Source: an uncultured Acidobacteriota bacterium | GTDB lineage: Bacteria; Acidobacteriota; Vicinamibacteria; Vicinamibacterales; UBA2999 | Assembly: GCA_963707825.1 (NCBI GenBank) | Contig: CAVPRP010000009.1 | Span: 154,602 to 218,601, forward strand | DNA length: 64,000 bases | Reading direction: 5' to 3' | Shown here: positions 57,640 through 64,000 of the stretch, one piece after another | How the letters are laid out: every line of letters starts with the position of its first letter | Numbering within the stretch: the first letter of the stretch is position 1 | The notes under the pieces: model-generated | What the model was told of the DNA's origin: nothing | Seen by the model: only the letters and a program-made list of their open reading frames with translations | Database searches by the model: none | Position numbers and translations under genes: made by a program

Positions 57640-59583
57640 CTAACGAAGCCGGGCGGCCCGGGCCTTGAGTGTGTCGGCGAGCGCCTTCAGACGCATCTGA
57701 TCGCGGCCCGACGCCGCAGCGGCGTCGGTCTCCAGCTGCGTCGCCAGGGTGCCGAGTTGATCGGCCGCGGCGCTGGCGCCGCGATCTTTCGGCGAGCGCA
57801 TCTGCTCGGCCCGGTCCATGGCCGTGACTACGGCCGCCGCCCGCTCCGGCAGGATACCCCTGGTGCGATTGAGCTGATCGACGTAGGCCTTGGCCACGAC
57901 CGCAGTCGCCGGCCAGGTCACCTTGGGCTGCTGCTGCGGATTGAACTCCTCGTGCCGCACGAGCATCGCGGCGTCGATCTCGTTCTGCGACAGGTAGTTG
58001 CTCGGCAGCAGGCGGAAGATGTCGATGCCGCGCGCGATTTCCGAGGCGTAGATGTTGCCGTTGTACCAGTAGGTGGACCAGTAACCGCCGGTGATGAGGT
58101 CCTTGGCGTCGAGCGGACCGCGGTCGAAGAACGCCACTTCGACCGGCGTGGCCGAGTCGGTGAAGTCGAACACCGACAGGCCGCCCTGATACCAGCCCTG
58201 CACCATGAGGTCGCGGCCCGGGATCGGAATCAGCGAGCCGTTGTGCGCCACGCAGTTCTCCTGGTCGGTCTGCGGCGCGGGCATCTTGTAGTAGCCCTTG
58301 AACTGCAGCTTCTTGTCGACGATGTCGAAGATCGCGTCAGCGCCCCAGTTCGGCAGGTCGGTCGCGCGGCAGCGCGGCCGCGTGCCACCGCCCCACTCGT
58401 CGGTGAAGATCACCTTGGTGCCATCGTTGTTGAACGTGGCCGAGTGCCAGTAGGCGAAGTTCTTGTCGTTCACCGCATCGAGCCGCTTGGGCTCCACCGG
58501 GTTCGAGATGTCCATCAGGATGCCGTTGCCCGAGCACGCGCCCGCGGCCAGCCCCACTTCGGGGAACACCGTGATGTCGTGGCACTGGTTGGTCCGGCTG
58601 GTGCTTTGCGTGCCGGGGCCGTGATCGCCGCCTTTCCAGAGTCCGGCGATGTTCCCGGTCTCGTCGGCGAAGATGCGCGGCCGGCTGATGATCTTCGCGG
58701 TCTGCGGCGCGGCGATCGGCACTTCGATCACGTCGATGCTGAAGAGGGCGGTGTTGCCGTCCTTCTCCGGCTCCTCGCCCGAGCAGCCGTCGAGCTCTTC
58801 ACCCGACCGCACCGAGCCGGTGCCCGAGCCGTAGATGTAGATCCGCGACTTGTCGTTCTTGTCCGGCACCAGCGTGTGGGTGTGCGAGCCGCGGCAGGTC
58901 TGGACCGCCGCCACCTGGCGGGGCTTGCGCATGTCGCTGATGTCGAAGATGCGGACGCCGCGGAAGCGTTCCTTGCTCACGGTGTCGCCGACGCCCTGCA
59001 CGCCGCAATCGATGCGGCCGCGGGTCTGCTCCACCGACATGAACAGCAGGTTGCCCCACACCGAGACGTCACCCTGCCCGCCGGGGCAGACCACCGAGGC
59101 AATCAGCTGCGGCTTCTTCGGGTTCTCGACGTCGTAGGTATTGAAGCCATGGAAGTTGCCGACCCACATGTGGGTGCCGGCAAACGCCATGTCGGAGTTC
59201 GCGAAGTCGAGACCGCCGGGCCCGCGAGGCGGCGCCGGCTTCGCGCCATCGGCCGAAGCGACGGGCGCGCCAGGCGCCGCGGTGGCAGCGGGAGCCGCCG
59301 GTGCGGCCGGTGCCGCGTCGGCGGCCGGCGGCGGCGTCCCCGGTGCCCGCTCGGGCGAGGACGGGTCGCCGGCGGGCTTCTTCGGATCGAAGAACCCATC
59401 GGGACGCGGCATCGTCGCCGTCAATTCCATGTTGCGCGCGGCCGTACCCGCATCTCGCAGCCCCGGCTTGAGGCCTATCCGCGGATCCTTGGGATCGGCC
59501 GGCGCCTGTTGCGCCGCTCCCACCAGCACCACACCGCCCAGCAGGGCGGCGACAGTCCACACGCGTGTCGTCACAGACTTCAT
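57640..59583 (-). CDS. LVIVD-repeat beta-propeller protein, paralog B (intact)
   Basis: ATG 59583 overlaps the DUF305 stop (ATGA). Signal peptide MKSVTTRVWTVAALLGGVVLVGAAQQ. Pro/Ala-rich linker, propeller blocks, and a helical C-terminal tail. Confidence 0.8.
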   Translation of the reverse strand: MKSVTTRVWTVAALLGGVVLVGAAQQAPADPKDPRIGLKPGLRDAGTAARNMELTATMPRPDGFFDPKKPAGDPSSPERAPGTPPPAADAAPAAPAAPAATAAPGAPVASADGAKPAPPRGPGGLDFANSDMAFAGTHMWVGNFHGFNTYDVENPKKPQLIASVVCPGGQGDVSVWGNLLFMSVEQTRGRIDCGVQGVGDTVSKERFRGVRIFDISDMRKPRQVAAVQTCRGSHTHTLVPDKNDKSRIYIYGSGTGSVRSGEELDGCSGEEPEKDGNTALFSIDVIEVPIAAPQTAKIISRPRIFADETGNIAGLWKGGDHGPGTQSTSRTNQCHDITVFPEVGLAAGACSGNGILMDISNPVEPKRLDAVNDKNFAYWHSATFNNDGTKVIFTDEWGGGTRPRCRATDLPNWGADAIFDIVDKKLQFKGYYKMPAPQTDQENCVAHNGSLIPIPGRDLMVQGWYQGGLSVFDFTDSATPVEVAFFDRGPLDAKDLITGGYWSTYWYNGNIYASEIARGIDIFRLLPSNYLSQNEIDAAMLVRHEEFNPQQQPKVTWPATAVVAKAYVDQLNRTRGILPERAAAVVTAMDRAEQMRSPKDRGASAAADQLGTLATQLETDAAAASGRDQMRLKALADTLKARAARLR

Positions 59584-60266
59584 TTCAGCTCCTTCAGCAA
59601 CGCACCCATCCGATCGATCTCCATCTGCTGATCGGCTTCGACGTCCGACGCGAACGCGAAGATATCGCTGTCCTGCCCCGCTCCGGGCGAGGCGAACAGA
59701 TCCCGCACCATCGTCAGCGCGCCGCCGTGGTGCCGGATCATGCCTTCCAGGAACAGCCGATCGAACTGCACGCCGTGAGCGGCGGTCAGCTGCTCCATCT
59801 GCTCCGGTGACAGCATCCCCGGCATCAGCACGGCGTCGTGCTGGTGATGCGCGTGGGGGTCCGGCAGCGTCTGGCCGCGCGACTTCAGCCACACCTGCAT
59901 CATCTGGATTTCATCGAGCTGCGAGACCTCGATGCGCTTGGCCAGCAACTTCATGTCGTCGCGGCTCGTGCGGGTCGGCAGCAGCGCGGCCATCTCGATG
60001 GCCTGCTGGTGGTGCCCGATCATGCCCTGCATGAACTTGACGTCGGCGGGCGTGAACTGGACCTTGGAGAGGTCGGTGGAGTCGGCCACGCTCATCGTGC
60101 GTCCGTCCTGCCCGGGCGCGCCCGGCTGAATCAGTCCGGGGCTGCCGGCGGCAGGGCTCGATGGCGTGGCGGGTGCCGCGCCGGCCACGGGGCTGGCGCT
60201 GCGACAGGCGGCGCCTGCGGCCACGAGCAGGCAAAGGGCCGTGATGCGAAGAATATGGGTCGGCAT
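59580..60266 (-). CDS. DUF305-family (ferritin-like, metal-resistance-associated) lipoprotein
   Basis: Lipobox LLVAAGAAC. Duplicated motif FMQGMIGHHQQAIEMA / FLEGMIRHHGGALTMV. Confidence 0.85.
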   Translation of the reverse strand: MPTHILRITALCLLVAAGAACRSASPVAGAAPATPSSPAAGSPGLIQPGAPGQDGRTMSVADSTDLSKVQFTPADVKFMQGMIGHHQQAIEMAALLPTRTSRDDMKLLAKRIEVSQLDEIQMMQVWLKSRGQTLPDPHAHHQHDAVLMPGMLSPEQMEQLTAAHGVQFDRLFLEGMIRHHGGALTMVRDLFASPGAGQDSDIFAFASDVEADQQMEIDRMGALLKELK

Positions 60267-60269
60267 CGG

Positions 60270-60292
60270 TACTCTACAGAGTATCGCGATAC
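60270..60292. promoter_or_regulatory. Two overlapping perfect palindromes 4 nt upstream of the DUF305 start codon
   Basis: TACTCTACAGAGTA (60270-60283) and GTATCGCGATAC (60281-60292). This is a locally AT-rich patch in a GC-rich context. Confidence 0.3.
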
Positions 60293-60380
60293 GGGCGGCC
60301 CTGGGCAGCCCCTTGCTCGGCCGGTCGCCGCGCGTCCACCGCCCTGGGGTGAGCGGTGGGACGCGCGCGATTCCGAGTGC

Positions 60381-61289
60381 CTAGAGGCCGGGGCCGGGAG
60401 GGGTGCGCCCGCCGCGCGGCTGCGGCGGGTTCTTGAGCAGGCGGTACTGGCTGATGCCCGCATTCACCTTGAATTCGATGCCCATGCGCCCAATCTCGGC
60501 GGTCGCCCTGGACGGATCGCCGGTGACGCCCGAGTCCTTGGCGCCGCCCCACGGCAGGATCTGCGCCTTGCGCACGCCGGCCGGGTAGACGTGAAGCATC
60601 TGCGAGGTGTCGCTGATCCCCGCATGGCTGCCGACGACGTCATCGTCGTATCCGAAGGCGGCCATCAGCCACGCCCGGTAGTTGTCGCGGCCGACGTTGT
60701 AGTAGTCGGTCAGGCCATAGACCCTGGTGCCGGCCTGGGCCCACTCCTCGTTCAGCTTGGCGGCCACTGCCGTCATCCCGGCCTGGTTGCCGCCGCTGTC
60801 GCCGATGAACAGGATCTCGGTGAAGCCGTGCGCCTTGAGGCTCCGCGCCGCGGCGTCGAGCAGCATGTCGTAGGCCGGCGACGGCAGGGTGATCGCGCCC
60901 TGGTTCTGGCGATCGGGATCACCCTCGGGCACGTACTGGATGACCGGCGCCACCAGCGCGTTTCCCAACCGGCGCGCCATCACGTTGGCGGCGTGAGTGA
61001 CGACGTAATTGTGCTTGCCGAGAACCATGTGGTACCCGTTCTTCTCGGTACCTCCGGTGGGGATGATGACCGTGGTCTTCCCCGCCTTCAGCGCGTCGCG
61101 CGTTTCTTCCCACGTCAGTTCGTCGATGAAGACGGTGTCAGGAGCGTGCGTCGGCGTCTTGCTCGCCGGAGCGGTCTCCACGGTGGGACGGCGTGGGCCT
61201 GCTGGCGGCGCTGGACGTGGGCCGCGGGCGCCACCGCCGGCCCCGGCGGGAGGGGCGGGCAACGGCCGGCACGGGCGGCTCGGCGCCAC
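60381..61289 (-). CDS. Creatininase-family amidohydrolase, paralog 1
   Basis: Motifs: ELTWEETRDALKAGKTTVIIPTGGTEKNGYHM, ILFIGDSGGNQ, and GSHAGISDTSQML. The start is uncertain (GTG 61289 or GTG ~61186). No signal peptide is visible. Confidence 0.75.
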   Translation of the reverse strand: MAPSRPCRPLPAPPAGAGGGARGPRPAPPAGPRRPTVETAPASKTPTHAPDTVFIDELTWEETRDALKAGKTTVIIPTGGTEKNGYHMVLGKHNYVVTHAANVMARRLGNALVAPVIQYVPEGDPDRQNQGAITLPSPAYDMLLDAAARSLKAHGFTEILFIGDSGGNQAGMTAVAAKLNEEWAQAGTRVYGLTDYYNVGRDNYRAWLMAAFGYDDDVVGSHAGISDTSQMLHVYPAGVRKAQILPWGGAKDSGVTGDPSRATAEIGRMGIEFKVNAGISQYRLLKNPPQPRGGRTPPGPGL

Positions 61290-62125
61290 TCAGCATCCGC
61301 TTGTACTGCGCCAGCGCCAGGTCCATCTTGATCTGCAGGAGCTGGCGGCCGATCTCGGGCGAAGACTTCGCCTGGTTGTTGCCGCTGACGCCGTTGTTCT
61401 CGTAGTCGTTGCCGACGAGTCGATCGCGGCGGATGTGCTGCGGCGCCACGAACAGCAACTCGGAGGTGTCGAGGATGTTGGCGTGGTTGCCCACCTGGGC
61501 CTCGGGCACGCCGAGGAACCTTCGCCGCCATCACTTCCTGATCGTGATGCGCCTTGGTGTAGTAGTCGTCCACCCAGTAGGCGGTGGCGCTGCCCTTCCA
61601 CAGGGTGTTCAGCTGCTCGGCCGCGGTGCGCATGCCGGTGCGGTTGCCGCCCGATTCACCCAGGAACACGACCTTGGTGAAGCCGCCGGCCTTGAGGCTG
61701 CGCCCGGCGTTGACCAGCAGATCGACAAAGCGTTCTTCGGGGAGTGTGATCGTGCCGGGCTTCCCCATGTGGCCGCCCACCGTCTCCCAGCTGCCCTCCG
61801 GCACATAGGTGACGACCGGCGCGACCAGCGTGCGGCCCATGCCGCGGGCAATCTTGTCGGCGGTGTAGGTCATGACGAACTTGTGCTCGCCATCGACCAT
61901 GTGCGGTCCCTTCTGTTCGGTGCCCGCGGTGCCGATGATGACAGTGGTCCACCCGTCCTTGATCAGGTCGCGGGTCTCGGCCCAGGTGAGCTCTTCGAGC
62001 ATCACGGTGTCGGGCGGTTTGCCGGAGGGCGCGGTGGCGGGCGCATCGGCGGGACGCTGCGCGGCCACGGTCATCGTGGTCAACAGGCAGGCGCCGAGAA
62101 AAGCTGACGGGACGCGGTAATTCAT
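61138..62125 (-). pseudogene. Creatininase-family amidohydrolase, paralog 2 (secreted); one frame change near 61524
   Basis: GGAGA RBS and ATG 62125. Signal peptide MNYRVPSAFLGACLLTTMTVAAQ. Motifs: ELTWAETRDLIKDGWTTVIIGTAGTEQKGPHM, VVFLGESGGNR, and after the shift FLGVPEAQVGNHANILDTSELLF. The 3' end is ambiguous. Confidence 0.7.
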
Positions 62126-62173
62126 GGGCAAGTCTCCGGATTTGACCCGACAAGAGTACACGAAGGGAGGGGA

Positions 62174-62274
62174 ACCGGCAGACGGCAACCGGCAGACGGC
62201 AGACGGCAGACGGCAGACGGGAGACGGGAGACGGGAGTCGGGAGTCGGGAGTCGGGAGTCGGGAGTCGGGAGAC
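62174..62274 (+). repeat. Heptanucleotide tandem-repeat mosaic, locus 5 (GGCAGAC x5, GGGAGAC x2-3, GGGAGTC x5)
   Basis: Direct reading: ccggcagac ggcaacc ggcagac x4, gggagac x2, gggagtc x5, gggagac. Confidence 0.9.
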
Positions 62275-62303
62275 CTTTTATCGGCAGCGCGGTCGTCTGG
62301 TTG

Positions 62304-62718
62304 CTAGGACGAGGGCGTGACGAGCACGATCTCGTCAACGACGATGGACCAGAGCAGGCCCGAGGAGCTCACCATCAAGTTGTACTGACGCGGGATCGTC
62401 CTCGAAGTTGAACGTGCCTTCGCCGACGCCGCGTTGGTCAACGACTTCCTGCAACGGGCGGCCGCTGACCGCGCTGTGCACGGTGAGATGGAACACGCCG
62501 TCGGGCCGACCCGGCTCGGGACGCGTTGCCCAGCGGATGCGGAACTTGCCGGAGTTGCTGACGAATCCAATGGTGTGATCGCCGCTGCCTTCCCACGCGC
62601 CGACCTGCTGCGGAATGCCGATCGGCGCGCGTGGCGGCGTCGTGGATCGACGACAGTCAACCCCGAGGGCGACTAAAGTCGCGACCGAGACGTACCACCA
62701 CAACTTTCGACGCGTCAT
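62304..62718 (-). pseudogene. Small hypothetical lipoprotein; one frame change near 62400
   Basis: ATG 62718 (MTRRKLWWYVSVATLVALGVDC, lipobox). The body reads ...GVFHLTVHSAVSG...GEGTFNFEDDP. The tail RQYNLMVSSSGLLWSIVVDEIVLVTPSS* is in a second frame. Confidence 0.45.
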
Positions 62719-62798
62719 CAGCACAGAAATCAACGATAGCCTATCGGCGCATGAGGTGGAGCACTGTATAGTTCTCATCCAGGAGGCGCCTCCCCCCT

Positions 62799-63824
62799 TT
62801 GAGCGCACCACTTCCGGTTCGAGGTCCGTACTGCGTCGCCGTCGTGCAGGCGGCGCCAGTCGCGTTCGATGTCGAGCGCACGCTGCAGAAACTTGGTGAC
62901 CTGACCGCCGATGCCGGACGGCGCGGCGCGCATCTCGCGCTGTTCCCCGAGGCGTTCGTCGCCGGCTATCCACGCGGCCTCGATTTCGGCGCGGTCGTCG
63001 GCTCGCGCACCGCGGAGGGCCGCGAGCAGTTCCGCCGTCACTGGGAGAGCGCCATCGACGTGCCCGGCCCGCACGTCGATCGGATGGCCGGACTCGCCCG
63101 CGCCAATCGCGCGCACCTGGTCGTCGGCGTCGTCGAGCGCAGCGGCGGCACGCTGTACTGCACCGTGGTCTTCCTCGGCTCGGATGGGCGTTATCTCGGC
63201 AAGCATCGCAAGCTGATGCCGACCGCGTCCGAGCGCCTGGTCTGGGGCTTTGGCGACGGCTCGACGCTCACCGTCGCGGACACCGACATCGGCCGCATCG
63301 GCGCGGTGATCTGCTGGGAGAACTACATGCCGCTGCTCCGCGCGGCGATGTACGCCAAGGGTGTGGAGATTTACTGCGCGCCTACCGCCGACGCGCGAGC
63401 CACCTGGCTGCCGAGCATGCGGCACATCGCGCAGGAAGGCCGCTGCTTCGTGCTCTCGGCCAACCAGTTCGCCCGCCGCAAGGACTATCCCAGCGACTAC
63501 CCGACCGAGTTCGGCGACGATCCGCAGACGGTGATCTCGCGCGGCGGCAGCTGCATCATCGGCCCGCTCGGCGAGGTGCTGGCCGGGCCCGACTTCAGCG
63601 GCGAGACCATCCTGACCGCGGAAATCGATCTGCACGACATCGCCCGCGCGCGGATGGATTTCGACGCCGTCGGCCATTACGCACGGCCGGACGTCTTTCA
63701 GCTGATCGTCGACGAGTCGAGCCGCACACCGGTCACGTTCCACAGCGGACAGCGGCCACCCGGGGCGATGCCGAACCCGCGCGACGTGGATCGCCGTGCC
63801 GGCTCGCGGCCGCCGGGCCGCTAG
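62799..63824 (+). CDS. Nitrilase / cyanide-hydratase-family carbon-nitrogen hydrolase
   Basis: The Glu-Lys-Cys triad contexts are [22 protein letters not shown] and [18 protein letters not shown] lies 12 nt before the TTG start at 62799. Confidence 0.85.
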   Translation: MSAPLPVRGPYCVAVVQAAPVAFDVERTLQKLGDLTADAGRRGAHLALFPEAFVAGYPRGLDFGAVVGSRTAEGREQFRRHWESAIDVPGPHVDRMAGLARANRAHLVVGVVERSGGTLYCTVVFLGSDGRYLGKHRKLMPTASERLVWGFGDGSTLTVADTDIGRIGAVICWENYMPLLRAAMYAKGVEIYCAPTADARATWLPSMRHIAQEGRCFVLSANQFARRKDYPSDYPTEFGDDPQTVISRGGSCIIGPLGEVLAGPDFSGETILTAEIDLHDIARARMDFDAVGHYARPDVFQLIVDESSRTPVTFHSGQRPPGAMPNPRDVDRRAGSRPPGR

Positions 63825-64000
63825 CCGCGCTGCTTGCGGTAGGAGTTCTTCAAGGCGATCTTCCCGCCCTGCAGCGTGAAGACGTCGCAGCCGTTCACCT
63901 CGATTCTGGTGCCGTCCTTCGTCGTGCCGGTGAACGTCCATTCCGAGACCGCGCGATCACCGGCGACGAAGTGCGCCGGGTGGTTCCACCGGGCGTCGGC
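63821..64000 (-). CDS. SnoaL/NTF2-like small protein, C-terminal part (5' end lies outside the window)
   Basis: Minus-strand translation reads ...[50 protein letters not shown]. Its stop overlaps the nitrilase stop (CTAG). This ORF is not in the supplied track. Confidence 0.4.
   Translation of the reverse strand, partial: ADARWNHPAHFVAGDRAVSEWTFTGTTKDGTRIEVNGCDVFTLQGGKIALKNSYRKQRG

Noticed and set aside
1-64000. Search for rRNA, tRNA, tmRNA, transposase, integrase, phage genes or a prophage/island boundary.
   Set aside because: I saw none. The intergenic regions were read individually. None shows a cloverleaf with a T-loop (GGTTCGA-type) or rRNA-like conservation. No ORF shows DDE or tyrosine-recombinase motifs. 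This was a by-eye scan, so a small ncRNA could have been missed.

Overview
GC-rich bacterial chromosomal segment (roughly two-thirds G+C by eye, not computed), densely coding on both strands. The gene content suggests a soil Acidobacteriota- or Gemmatimonadota-like organism (inference only): carboxypeptidase-regulatory-like TonB receptors, PEGA and LVIVD proteins, sulfatase-fold+TPR lipoproteins, and many Tat and lipoprotein signals. I recognise about 50 protein genes. They include a polyamine/omega-amino-acid catabolic cluster (1-6 kb) and a peptide-scavenging cluster (6-14.6 kb). Four sulfatase-fold+TPR paralogs flank TauE and cysC/N/D (14.9-28.6 kb), followed by a second TonB receptor and coaA. 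A DsrE-like / cbb3-oxidase / TsdA-like cytochrome operon lies at 35.7-42.1 kb. The rest includes a MarR regulator, kup, two-subunit AcnX, two LVIVD paralogs (one with DUF305), copZ, a creatininase pair and a nitrilase. I saw no rRNA, tRNA, CRISPR, transposase or integrase. Three things stand out. (1) Five intergenic mosaics of tandem heptanucleotide repeats share unit types and block order. (2) About 70 single-base frame changes (manual count) disrupt genes. They are indel-only, those I resolved sit at short homopolymers, and they are about 10-fold concentrated in 21.4-31.7 kb. Consensus error is the simplest explanation, so 'pseudogene' below means only 'reading frame disrupted as sequenced'. 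(3) An in-frame TGA sits exactly at the first Cys of a CxxC redoxin motif and is followed by a hairpin, making it a selenocysteine candidate. All family calls come from motif recognition by eye. No database search or computation was run.
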